From Bacteroidota bacterium (GTDB lineage: Bacteria; Chloroflexota; Anaerolineae; Aggregatilineales; Phototrophicaceae), in the NCBI GenBank assembly GCA_027492915.1, contig JAPUDW010000239.1, forward strand, positions 112 to 64,111: a stretch of 64,000 nt of DNA, written 5' to 3'. Below are positions 36,881 to 46,024 of the stretch, one piece after another. Each line of letters begins with the position of its first letter. Position 1 is the first letter of the stretch. The translations under genes were made by a program, and so were the position numbers. The notes beneath the pieces were generated by a model, which saw only the letters and a program-made list of their open reading frames with translations, was not told the DNA's origin and did not search any database.

Positions 36881-37815
36881 GATTTTAGATAGGCTCCGAT
36901 TTGTTGTGCCGCGCGTTTGCCGGCTGCCACCCGTGCCGCCAGTGAGAGGCCGTGATAGTCGCTGCCGGCTAGCGCTACCCCTGCCGGCAGCAGACCTTCA
37001 AGGGCAGTGGTTTTTTCGGTGAAGTTGGGCAGGTGCGGTGGCAGCGGGTCGGCATCTTCCCAGAAGTCCACACGGCTGATGACCGGCTTACCCTGCGCTT
37101 TAATCTGGCGGTGAATTTCCTGCACCAGTGCATCCGGCTTAACACCTTTGGGCAGCATTCGTACACCGAGATTCAGCAAGACGTGACCGGGAGGAACACG
37201 CTGCGGCGAATCCGTCCAACTGTAAAAGGGAATGGCGACATCCCACGGGAACATGGGTGGGATGGGCATATCACCCTGCTTATAACCGAGCGATACGCGG
37301 GTGATGGTGTCGTAGCCGTAGTTCAGCAGTCGGTAGCTAAAGTCCGGCGCGAGGGTGCGGAACATGCGCTCGGCGTGGCGGGCGGGCGCGGCGACGATGA
37401 TCGCGGCGGCATCCCACATTAGGCCATTTTCGAGGCACAGTGTAAATTTACCGTCGAGCGTACCAAGGCTGCTAATCGCCATCCGGTGAATGAAGGTTCC
37501 CGTTAAGTCCTTCGCCAGCGCGTCCACCAGCATTTGCGTTCCGCCGGAGAACGCCACCAGATCGCGGTGATGGCTGTCCACCACCGGAACGAGTGCATGT
37601 TGCAAGTTTAGCTCATCCAGAAATGCCCAATCATCGCCCCGTTGAAAGGAAAATGCACCGCCATCCAGTACAAAACCGTCGGTGGATGCACTCGTGATGC
37701 TGCCACCGAGACGCTTTTTAACTTCGATTAGCCGATATGGAATGTTGAGGCGTTGTAACTCGCGGGCTGCGGATAAGCCGCTGAGGCCGCCGCCGATAAT
37801 AACGACATCACGCAT
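36877..37815 (-). CDS. FAD-dependent oxidoreductase, short protoporphyrinogen/coproporphyrinogen oxidase (HemY)-like
   Basis: IIGGGLSGL, RLGG.I, GF.LDGG..SF, GG...LVDAL, C-terminal LAGS.Y.G. Confidence 0.7.
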   Translation of the reverse strand: MRDVVIIGGGLSGLSAARELQRLNIPYRLIEVKKRLGGSITSASTDGFVLDGGAFSFQRGDDWAFLDELNLQHALVPVVDSHHRDLVAFSGGTQMLVDALAKDLTGTFIHRMAISSLGTLDGKFTLCLENGLMWDAAAIIVAAPARHAERMFRTLAPDFSYRLLNYGYDTITRVSLGYKQGDMPIPPMFPWDVAIPFYSWTDSPQRVPPGHVLLNLGVRMLPKGVKPDALVQEIHRQIKAQGKPVISRVDFWEDADPLPPHLPNFTEKTTALEGLLPAGVALAGSDYHGLSLAARVAAGKRAAQQIGAYLKS

Positions 37816-38013
37816 GAAATCGATCCTGCTGAACAATGATATGAAGTAGCTTAATTGAAAAATGACTTTGCTTACAAGTCACGATAGGTCTTAATTGGGT
37901 TTGTTAGGGGAATGATTGTCCCTACCCAAGCACTACAGATTGTCGTCGAGAGTTCGAATATTGGCTGTGTATGACGTATTAGTATACGCGCAAATGGGCA
38001 ATCTTTGAAGTGC

Positions 38014-38430
38014 TTAAGGAAATGTTTCGCCCAAATAGGTTTTTAGGTCATCCAACGAATGCACCAGCTTGTTGAGTGAGCATTCGAGCATGATATTGAC
38101 CGATACATATTTGAACTGCAAGCGCCAATCGGTATAAACGCCGATGATGTGTTTGCCTTTGGCATAGGCATAACCGATTTCCCACGCCGTACCGTCGTCG
38201 GTCGTGATGCCGTTGAGGTTGGCGATTACGATGTCCGCACGGTCGATGGCGGCGACATCTTCGGCAAAAATCTTGGGAATATTATCCTCACCTTTGATTT
38301 TGCCCTCGGTACCGTCACGGTGAGGGAGAAACGTGGTGAAACCGGCAGCGGCAGCGATACCTTCAATCTGCTCATCAAACCAGCGTTCGCCTTCGTTAAA
38401 CAAGGGGCCTGCGATATAAGCGTGGGGCAT
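38014..38430 (-). CDS. Nucleoside 2-deoxyribosyltransferase family protein
   Basis: YIAGPLF, FLPH, D.GTAWEIGYAYAKGK, N.ML. Confidence 0.9.
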   Translation of the reverse strand: MPHAYIAGPLFNEGERWFDEQIEGIAAAAGFTTFLPHRDGTEGKIKGEDNIPKIFAEDVAAIDRADIVIANLNGITTDDGTAWEIGYAYAKGKHIIGVYTDWRLQFKYVSVNIMLECSLNKLVHSLDDLKTYLGETFP

Positions 38431-38509
38431 GGGTGTACCTTCGAGATTAAACACATGTCATTGAAGGTTGATTATGCCGCGTGCGGGTAATCTTGGCGAA
38501 TGATAGGTG

Positions 38510-39736
38510 CTAACCCCGCACCGGCTTGAGGGTGAACCAGAAGGTGCTGCCTTCTCCCGCGTTGCTCTCCACGCCGATTGTCCCGCCCATCGCCTCGACC
38601 CACGCTTTTGCAATTGCCAAACCCAAGCCCGTGTTGCTGCCTGCACGCGAGTTATCCCCCTGATAAAAGCGGTCGAACAAGTGCGGTAAATCTTCCTTCG
38701 AGATACCTTTGCCCGTGTCGCTGACCTGAATACGCACCACATTCGCAACCTGCTCGCCGGAGATACGGATACGCCCACCCGCCGTATAACGTAGGGCGTT
38801 TGCCAGCAGGTTATGCATGACCTGCACCAAGCGGTCGGGGTCAGCCTGTACACTGGGCAGCGGCGTGGGGTTGATCTCGATCTGCGTATCCTGTGCTTCC
38901 GCCGCCAGCGCGAACTGCTCAATCGAACGGTTTAACGCACTACGAAGCTCAACGGTTTGCAGGTTAAGGGGTAACTGCCCGCCTTCCGCCAGAGCCAGTT
39001 CGCGCAAATCCGCCACCAAGCGGCTGAGCAGGCGGGTTTCATCGTAAAGCGTGGCGACTTCGCGCATTTCCAGCGGGTACACACCATCCAACAGCGCACG
39101 TAAGTTACCCTGCATGACAGTGAGCGGTGTGCGAAGTTCGTGGGCAATATCGGCCATCAGGTTGCGCCGCAGAATTTCGGCGTGTTGAAGGGCATCGGCC
39201 ATCGAGTTAAAGGCACGGGCGACATCAGCAATTTCATTCGCGCCCTGCACATGGACTCGCCGTTCCCATTTACGCGCGGCGAAATCGTGGGCTGCGTTGG
39301 AAAGGCCAGCCAACGGTGCGGCGATATTACGGCTGATATATATGCCCAGCACTGTGCCGATGCCGCCCGCGGCAAGGGCTGCGATGATAAGGGTGACATA
39401 CAGCCGGTCAAGGAAATTTTGTTCCGGTGTGCGCGGGGGTATCCCCGGTGGCTGACGATTAACGCCACCCGGCCTATTCCCCTGATTGCCGTAATTAGGC
39501 CGCTGCCCATTCGGTGCGTTAGGGTTTGTTTGCGGGTTTTGTTCAACCGGCGGGGCTGCTTGTTGAGCGTTCGTTGTCGCTTTCGGAACAAAGGTGCCGA
39601 GTGCTTCGTTACGTTCGACGATATAGCGGTTGAATTGGTCACCCGCGCTCAAGCCGCCCAACAGCGCGACGAACATGACCGTGACTAAGGTAACGCTTAA
39701 GAAAGCCAGTGTCAGGCGTACCCATAAGCGGTTCAT
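38510..39736 (-). CDS. Sensor histidine kinase (BaeS-like)
   Basis: TM-HAMP, DIAHELRTPL, NLLANALRYT, DTG.GI, GLGLAI. Confidence 0.95.
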   Translation of the reverse strand: MNRLWVRLTLAFLSVTLVTVMFVALLGGLSAGDQFNRYIVERNEALGTFVPKATTNAQQAAPPVEQNPQTNPNAPNGQRPNYGNQGNRPGGVNRQPPGIPPRTPEQNFLDRLYVTLIIAALAAGGIGTVLGIYISRNIAAPLAGLSNAAHDFAARKWERRVHVQGANEIADVARAFNSMADALQHAEILRRNLMADIAHELRTPLTVMQGNLRALLDGVYPLEMREVATLYDETRLLSRLVADLRELALAEGGQLPLNLQTVELRSALNRSIEQFALAAEAQDTQIEINPTPLPSVQADPDRLVQVMHNLLANALRYTAGGRIRISGEQVANVVRIQVSDTGKGISKEDLPHLFDRFYQGDNSRAGSNTGLGLAIAKAWVEAMGGTIGVESNAGEGSTFWFTLKPVRG

Positions 39737-40431
39737 GCCGCACTCTCGCGGAAGCGGTAGCCCACGCCGAACACCGTTTCAATGTAGCGTGGTTGGGTGG
39801 GGTCGTCGTCAATCTTCTTACGCAGATTTTTGATGTGCGTGTCGAGTGTGCGTTCCAAGCCTTCATAGCTGTAGCCGAGGGCTTTCTCGACCAGTTCTTC
39901 GCGGGTGAAGGCATAATTCGGGTTGGACATCAAGGCACTGAGGATGGCGAATTCGGTGCGTGTCAGTTCGACCATCCGGCTGTTGTGGGTGAGCGTATGT
40001 TGGTCGAGGTCAAGGCGCAGCTCGCCATTTTCTAGCACATGCGGCGGTTGTAACCCGCCCCGCGCACGGCGTATAATCGCTTTCGCCCTTGCAACAACCT
40101 CCAGCGGATTAAAGGGTTTGGTCAGGTAATCGTCTGCACCGAGTTCGAGGCCGGTAATTTTATCCTCGTCCTCAACCTTCGCTGTGAGCATCAGTACCGG
40201 AATATCGGAAAGGTGCGCGTTACCTCGCAGCCAGCGTATAATTTCCCAACCCGTATGCCCCGGCAGCATCAAATCCAGAATAATCAGGTCGGGGCGTTCT
40301 TTTTTGATGACGTGTAGTGCCGTTTCGCCATCATACGCCATCAACACACTCATCCCCGCCTGTTCCAGATACGAACGCACCAACCGGACGATTTGTTGGT
40401 CGTCATCCACCACGAGTACGCGCTGTGCCAT
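39733..40431 (-). CDS. OmpR family response regulator
   Basis: VVDDD, LDLMLP, GADDYLTKPF, winged helix IETVFGVGYRF. Confidence 0.95.
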   Translation of the reverse strand: MAQRVLVVDDDQQIVRLVRSYLEQAGMSVLMAYDGETALHVIKKERPDLIILDLMLPGHTGWEIIRWLRGNAHLSDIPVLMLTAKVEDEDKITGLELGADDYLTKPFNPLEVVARAKAIIRRARGGLQPPHVLENGELRLDLDQHTLTHNSRMVELTRTEFAILSALMSNPNYAFTREELVEKALGYSYEGLERTLDTHIKNLRKKIDDDPTQPRYIETVFGVGYRFRESAA

Positions 40432-40483
40432 AATCCCCCACCCTTACACTTATGCCTGTAGTCTAGTCACTTTTGCCACAAAC

Positions 40484-40513
40484 GCAAAGAGGGCGACTGT
40501 TCGCCCTCTTTGC
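40484..40513 (-). terminator. Hairpin terminator
   Basis: GCAAAGAGGGCGA-ctgt-TCGCCCTCTTTGC. Confidence 0.65.
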
Positions 40514-40525
40514 TCAATCGGGTGC

Positions 40526-41425
40526 TTAGGCGTTCGCCTCAGCGGTTGCTTCGGGTGTCGCGTCCGGTGCTGCTGGAGCGCTGCCATCCGGCGGGACGGG
40601 TGCGCCGTTACCACCGGGGCGGTTACCACCCTGCCCATTGTGGTCACCACGTCCGCCGTTGCCCTGTCCATCTTGCCCCATCGGGCCGTTGTTACCGGGG
40701 CGACCGCCACCCATCGAGCCATCACCGCGTCCGGCTTCCCATGTCTGGCTAAAGCGTTCGGTTAGGTTGGCCTTGTACAGTTCAAGCTGTGCGTCGGCCT
40801 GTGCCTGCGTCAGTTTGCCATCGGTAACGGCAGCGGCGAGGGTTTCCTGACGGGCGGCGGCAACAGCATCGATCACGACGCTGATTTCAATATTCTGCCC
40901 GGTGGCGATGTCCGCAACGGTCTTGCCCGCTTCCAGTTCGGTTTGCAGGGCTGTCGCGTCGATACCAAGTGCCGCAGCGATCACGTTGAGTTGTGCGCTG
41001 CCGCGACTGCTGAAGCCGTCACGACCACCAAAGGTCAGGGTCTTAGCGAACTGGGCTTCGAGGTTGGCGGTCAGCAGGGCGATTTGTGCATCGGCCTGTG
41101 CCTGTGTGATCGTGCCATCGGTGACGGCTGTCGCCAGTGCTTCTTGGCGGGTGGCGACGACTGCATCCACAACCGTGCTGAGTTCGACATCCTGCTCGGT
41201 AGCGATGTCAGCGATAGTCTTGCCTGCTTGCAGCTCGGTTTGGAGCGCCGTCAGGTCAAGGCCGAGCGCGTCGGCGACAACTTGAAGCTCGACACTGCGT
41301 CCGCCAAAGCCACCGCGACCACCGCCATTATTACCGCCGTTACCCGGCTGCGCACCAACGACTGCTGCTGTTATCGCCAGCATTGCAATCACCAGCGCGA
41401 CTATTCCTATCTTCATACGTTTCAT
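40526..41425 (-). CDS. Exported protein with two internal repeats and Gly-rich tails
   Basis: Signal peptide; duplicated ADALG.D.TALQTEL.AGKT.ADIA...AVTDG..TQAQADAQ; SD GGAGG. Confidence 0.85.
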   Translation of the reverse strand: MKRMKIGIVALVIAMLAITAAVVGAQPGNGGNNGGGRGGFGGRSVELQVVADALGLDLTALQTELQAGKTIADIATEQDVELSTVVDAVVATRQEALATAVTDGTITQAQADAQIALLTANLEAQFAKTLTFGGRDGFSSRGSAQLNVIAAALGIDATALQTELEAGKTVADIATGQNIEISVVIDAVAAARQETLAAAVTDGKLTQAQADAQLELYKANLTERFSQTWEAGRGDGSMGGGRPGNNGPMGQDGQGNGGRGDHNGQGGNRPGGNGAPVPPDGSAPAAPDATPEATAEANA

Positions 41426-41481
41426 TTCCGAAACCTCCATCTGCTGTTCGAGTGCCCAATGCACTCTGCTCTACGACCAAC

Positions 41482-41515
41482 AGGTTATCAACTTGCTGTG
41501 GAAAAGTAGTGGAGA
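41482..41515 (-). promoter_or_regulatory. OmpR-type direct-repeat box plus -10 (promoter 1)
   Basis: Minus strand TCTCCAC-N4-TTTCCAC-N10-TAACCT. Confidence 0.7.
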
Positions 41516-41632
41516 TTTGAATAGTAAAAATTAATCCACGATTTTGAGGGGATAACTGCTGGTTTATGCCATAAATAAAACAGGACAGTCAACAATTGGC
41601 TACCCCGTTTAGCGACTGAATAGCAGTTCGGT

Positions 41633-42223
41633 TTATGGGTTCAACGTGATGTCAGTGATGCTGCCGTTGGTGGCGAAGTCCTGCGTGTAGGCGACGGCAG
41701 CGGTTGCCGGATAGGTGATGCCACCGTAGCGCACCGTGACTTTGGGCGTGGAGGTGTAACCCGCGCCGGCATTCGTAATGGTGATACCCGTAATCTTGCC
41801 ATCGACAATTGTTGCTACGGCTTCCGCCTGTGTTTGCGCCCATGTTTCGCCCTGCGAGGCTTTGTAGCGGTAATAATTGGAAACTTCGTCTAGTTGTTCG
41901 TTAGTGATGCCATAAGGCGAAAGAACTTTGAGCAAAGCATTTTTGTTGGCACGGGCTTCAGCGCCGCTGGGTGCGCCGTTCTTGGCTGGTGTAACGCCCG
42001 AAAATGCCTCGCGGAATACTTCCGGCGTAACCCCCAACATCGAGGCAATCAGCACGACCGGACGACCATTATCCACCCGCTCGGTTTGGAAGCCGCCCGT
42101 AATCGTAACGGCAACTTCGGTCGTTGTAGGGCTATTTGTAATGGGCTGTGCTGCCACGACAACACGGCTCAACGTGATCGCCGCGAATACGAATATTGCT
42201 ATACCTAACTGAAGCTGTTTCAT
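41633..42223 (-). CDS. Conserved exported hypothetical protein
   Basis: Signal peptide; GG..T...D.GRPV.LIA..LGV..EVFR.AFSGV.PA, RLD.VSNYYRY-like motifs; SD GGAGG. Confidence 0.85.
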   Translation of the reverse strand: MKQLQLGIAIFVFAAITLSRVVVAAQPITNSPTTTEVAVTITGGFQTERVDNGRPVVLIASMLGVTPEVFREAFSGVTPAKNGAPSGAEARANKNALLKVLSPYGITNEQLDEVSNYYRYKASQGETWAQTQAEAVATIVDGKITGITITNAGAGYTSTPKVTVRYGGITYPATAAVAYTQDFATNGSITDITLNP

Positions 42224-42264
42224 GTTGTGTATCCTCCATAAGTAAAAGCTTTATCTGCTCATGC

Positions 42265-42298
42265 AGGGTATCAAGTGCTTATGAAGAAGTGATGGAGA
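42265..42298 (-). promoter_or_regulatory. OmpR-type direct-repeat box plus -10 (promoter 2)
   Basis: Minus strand TCTCCAT-N4-TCTTCAT-N10-TACCCT. Confidence 0.7.
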
Positions 42299-42324
42299 AC
42301 TGTGTAAATTTTTTCAACCCTACT

Positions 42325-42436
42325 AGAAAACAAAACAGGGCAGCCACATGTGGTTACCCTGTTTTGTCATCCGTTGGGAACTGTCCTTTGAGGTGGGGGT
42401 TAGCTTCGATGAAACAGCAATGCGCTCAAAGGACAC
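42325..42436 (-). ncRNA. Candidate ~110-nt sRNA
   Basis: Own promoter (42441-42474), 11-bp 5' stem TGTCCTTTGAG/CTCAAAGGACA enclosing a C-rich loop, terminator hairpin 42331-42366 with U-rich tail. Confidence 0.55.
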
Positions 42437-42440
42437 TCTT

Positions 42441-42474
42441 ACTTTAACGTTTAAATGTGGAGACTTTGTGGAGA
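42441..42474 (-). promoter_or_regulatory. OmpR-type direct-repeat box plus -10 (promoter 3)
   Basis: Minus strand TCTCCAC-N4-TCTCCAC-N10-TAAAGT. Confidence 0.7.
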
Positions 42475-42515
42475 GTTTGTGAAAAAAACCTCATAAACAT
42501 AAACGCTGCCTGACT

Positions 42516-43631
42516 TTAGCCGATCATCCGATTCCCCATGCCTGACTTTTGCATATCGAGCGCCCGTTCATGCAGGTTAAGGATGTCTTGAACGGCGAGG
42601 TCACGGTTCTGGGCGTGCTGGAAAACAGTATCACGACCGACGCTGAACATGTAGTGCGAACCGGCGACCACACGGATGTGTCCGGCGGGCATTTCCATGC
42701 TGCTGAGCATATCCATCATTGGCAGCAAGCCAACCAGTGCGTCCTTATGACCGAGCATGACACGGAATAAGTCCCAGCGGTGGGCGATTTCCCAATTTTG
42801 CAGCAAGCCCATCGCGCGGAAGGTGGCGGAAGTCGTGCCGCGCGGCGTTTCGTCGTACTGGCGTGTGTGGGTGTCTTTGACATAGGTACTGCTGCCTTCG
42901 CATACAGCATTGACCATGTTGGGCTTGATGATGTCCTCAATCGGCTCAAAGATGCGCAGGCGGTTGACGATGCCGATGCCTAATCCCATCGCATTAAAGA
43001 AGGCGCGGTGGGTGTTGTCGTTCAGCAGCAGCGCCGGAGCGAGGGCGTAGCGGGTTTCCTCACCGAAGTCGTAATTCATGGGGTTCAGGTAAAAGAGTGC
43101 CGCACCGCCCATGCTGTGCCCGACGAAGTTGATGACCTTCCGCCGCGATTCCCCCGGTTGGCGGCGGATGCGCAGCACCTTCACCAGCCGTTCGGCAGCC
43201 GCCATCGCCGAGGGCGGGCAGCATTGGTCAAGCGCGGGGGTATCCATCTCAAAACGTGATTCGCCAAAACCGTTGTGGTCGAGCGACAGGCAGATGAGGT
43301 TGGGGTTGGCACGCACGATCATGGCGGGCATATCTTCCCAGATGGTGTTGTTGCCCGTCCAGCCGTGCATGAAGATCACCCAACCGTCGCAGTCGGCGAA
43401 GCGCGTGGGCAAGTATGGATCAGGTAAGCCATCATCGTCCGCCCATGTGACGCGCCACACCATATCCAGTAGGAGCGAGTCGTGCAGCACCGAACGCGCC
43501 ATCTTCGGGTCAAGCGCACCCCGCCCGATCAAATCCGTCATGCGATACAACGCATGGTCAGTACCGGGTAGGTTGGCGTGCGAACGGTTGTAGAAGTACT
43601 GCCCCCATGCCAGTGAGTTATGAGCGAGCAT
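42516..43631 (-). CDS. Alpha/beta hydrolase
   Basis: FMHGW.G, DHNGFGES, GHSMGG nucleophile elbow. Confidence 0.85.
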   Translation of the reverse strand: MLAHNSLAWGQYFYNRSHANLPGTDHALYRMTDLIGRGALDPKMARSVLHDSLLLDMVWRVTWADDDGLPDPYLPTRFADCDGWVIFMHGWTGNNTIWEDMPAMIVRANPNLICLSLDHNGFGESRFEMDTPALDQCCPPSAMAAAERLVKVLRIRRQPGESRRKVINFVGHSMGGAALFYLNPMNYDFGEETRYALAPALLLNDNTHRAFFNAMGLGIGIVNRLRIFEPIEDIIKPNMVNAVCEGSSTYVKDTHTRQYDETPRGTTSATFRAMGLLQNWEIAHRWDLFRVMLGHKDALVGLLPMMDMLSSMEMPAGHIRVVAGSHYMFSVGRDTVFQHAQNRDLAVQDILNLHERALDMQKSGMGNRMIG

Positions 43632-43812
43632 GACATTCTCCCGATGGTGAAATCATATTGCTTTCAGTAAAAGTATTATAGAGCGAAACTGTAAGTGGCA
43701 TCTCAATGGAAGCACCAAATACCAATTAGGCCGTATCTCATTCCATGCACTTGGGTTATGATCGACCCACACGAAATGAACATCGGTCAACACCATTTAT
43801 GCAGGCATCGCT

Positions 43813-44754
43813 ATGCAATTTTCGGTCGTCATTTGTACGTATAACCGGCTTGACCATCTACCCGCTGCGATTGCGAGTGTGTTTGCGCAAACCATCGATC
43901 CTACGGCGTATGAGGTGATTGTGGTCGATAATGCCTCGACAGATGGCACTCGCGCGGCGGTCGAGGCGCTGCTGCCCTCCCATCCCAACCTGCGCTATAT
44001 CTACGAAACGCGGTTAGGCTTGGCGACTGCACGCAACACCGGTTGGCAGGCGGCACAAGCCGAATTCGTCTCCTTCCTCGATGATGACGCGAAGGCTGAA
44101 ACCAATTGGCTCGAAACGGTTGCCGGACTGCTGGTGGATGCACCACCAAACTTGCTGTGTGTCGGTGGGCCGATCTACCCGTTTTATACCAGCCCACGCC
44201 CCGATTGGTGGCTAGAGAAGTATGAAATTCGCACGCGCGGCGACGTGGTACGCCACCTGCGCAAAGGTGAGTTCTTTTCCGGCTCGAATATGACATGGCG
44301 CAAAAGTGCGCTGGCGACTTATGGCGGCTTTGAGGTCAATGCGGGAATGAAGGGCAACACGCTCGGTATGGGTGAGGAAACCGCGCTGTTCCGGCGCATC
44401 TGGGAAGCGGAAGCCGCGCCGATATTCCTCTACTCACCGGACTTGCGAGTTTACCACTGGGTTCCACCGGAGAAAATGACCATGCGCTACATCCTCAAAC
44501 GGGCAACGGCGGTCGGGCAGTTCGAGGCCGAGTTTGCGCTGGCGGAAAACCCCGGCTTCGGCGGCTGGCTGCGGGCGCTGGGGACGACGCTCAAAACACT
44601 GGCGTGGATGCTGCCGAGTGTGGCGCTCAAGCGGCTGCGTTATAAGACCACCGAGAATTGGTACTTCGACCACTGTTTTGTGCCGATACAAAATGTGGCT
44701 AAACTGCTGCGCTTGCTCGGTTGGCGCATGACCGTGAACCAGCGGAAGGGGTAG
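43813..44754 (+). CDS. GT2 family glycosyltransferase
   Basis: SVVICTYNR, VVDNASTD, ARNTG, FLDDD, GEET. Confidence 0.92.
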   Translation: MQFSVVICTYNRLDHLPAAIASVFAQTIDPTAYEVIVVDNASTDGTRAAVEALLPSHPNLRYIYETRLGLATARNTGWQAAQAEFVSFLDDDAKAETNWLETVAGLLVDAPPNLLCVGGPIYPFYTSPRPDWWLEKYEIRTRGDVVRHLRKGEFFSGSNMTWRKSALATYGGFEVNAGMKGNTLGMGEETALFRRIWEAEAAPIFLYSPDLRVYHWVPPEKMTMRYILKRATAVGQFEAEFALAENPGFGGWLRALGTTLKTLAWMLPSVALKRLRYKTTENWYFDHCFVPIQNVAKLLRLLGWRMTVNQRKG

Positions 44755-44758
44755 GTGT

Positions 44759-45856
44759 ATGAAAATCGTACTCGGTGTTTGCGGGTTTGGTTACGGGCAC
44801 AGCGTCCGCCAGCGTCCGATCCTCGAAGGGTTGATCGCACACGGGCATTCGGTGATCCTCGTCACCAACGACAGCAGCTATCAATTCTTTTCGACCTATT
44901 ACCCGCAGGTGACGAATGCGCGTGTTTACGTGCCGGTGATGCACACGACACCGCGCGGCCTCGACTTCGCCGCCACAGCAGCCGACCCACGCAACGAGCA
45001 GCCGGGCGCGAACGCGGCTTTCTGGAATGCCTGCGGGTTGATCGAGCGCGAGTTCGGGGTGCCAGATCTGGTGATTTCGGACTACGACATGGTGTCAGCG
45101 CAGATGGCGTACTTATTCGGCGTACCGTTGGTGACGCTCGACCAGCAGAGCAAGTTCCTCGGCTATGACTTCCCCGACGTGGGCGGCTTTAACCCCAACG
45201 AACACCGGATGCGCCTTGGCTACTTTTTCCCGAAGGCACAGGCACGGGTCGCGACCTCGTTTTTTAAAGTGAATTATGACACGCGCACGGCTTACCCCGT
45301 GACGATTATCCCGCCAATCATCGGCAAGGATGTGCAGGGGCAAACTGCCCTGCCGCCGGGTAAGCAGGTGACGGTGTATCTCTCCAACGCTAGCCATATT
45401 CAGCAGTCGGTTGATGAGGTGTTCGCGGTGTTCAGCCGATTTCCCGATTATACGTTTCACTGCTTTATGGATGCGCCCAACGTGCAGCCCCCCGCGAATG
45501 TAATTCGCCAGCCGAACGGACGGGCGGCGTTCATCGCGTGTTTGCGCCAGTCGTCGGCAGTGATCGCCACAGCCGGACATAACCTGATTACCGAGTCGTT
45601 GTATCTCGAAGTGCCATTATTCCTGCTGCCCTTCGACCATTACGAGCAGCAGTTGAACGCGCAGGTGATTACACAGGAAGGCGTTGGCACAGCCGCCAGC
45701 ATGGTTACGGTGGATAACTTGAGCGCGTTCTTCGCCAACTTGGATGGCTACCGGCAGCGGCGCAGAGAGTCTGAACACATTTACACGCGCTTCGATGGTG
45801 ACGAGGTGTTTCTCGCGCTGGTCGAGGCGGCGACCTTTAGCCATGCCAGCCCTTAA
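44759..45856 (+). CDS. GT-B glycosyltransferase (MJ1255/GT28-like)
   Basis: G.GYGHS.R, PDLVISDY, TAGHNLITE...P...YEQ.LNA. Confidence 0.85.
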   Translation: MKIVLGVCGFGYGHSVRQRPILEGLIAHGHSVILVTNDSSYQFFSTYYPQVTNARVYVPVMHTTPRGLDFAATAADPRNEQPGANAAFWNACGLIEREFGVPDLVISDYDMVSAQMAYLFGVPLVTLDQQSKFLGYDFPDVGGFNPNEHRMRLGYFFPKAQARVATSFFKVNYDTRTAYPVTIIPPIIGKDVQGQTALPPGKQVTVYLSNASHIQQSVDEVFAVFSRFPDYTFHCFMDAPNVQPPANVIRQPNGRAAFIACLRQSSAVIATAGHNLITESLYLEVPLFLLPFDHYEQQLNAQVITQEGVGTAASMVTVDNLSAFFANLDGYRQRRRESEHIYTRFDGDEVFLALVEAATFSHASP

Positions 45857-45903
45857 CATGGGTTTAACTGCGCGATAACAGCCTTAAAGCAGAATTGAAG
45901 TGC

Positions 45904-45955
45904 ATCGGACCCCATTCGCAAGCTCATTCCGCGATAGCCCGTAGCAACAGGGGCA
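45904..45955 (-). repeat. Extended REP-like element; copies at ~60768-60830 and 61930-61990
   Basis: Shared CCCTGTT(A/G)CTA..GGCTATCG..G..TGAGC.TGCGAA....CCGATG. Confidence 0.65.
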
Positions 45956-46024
45956 GGGAGTCATTCATGGGAGGGTTACAGACCTTCCACTACAAGTAAC
46001 CATTGTTGAGGAATACACGAGACC

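Noticed and set aside
40740-41290. Duplicated DNA segments as a DGR template/variable repeat pair
   Set aside because: Both copies lie in one ORF as an internal protein repeat, and no reverse transcriptase is present.
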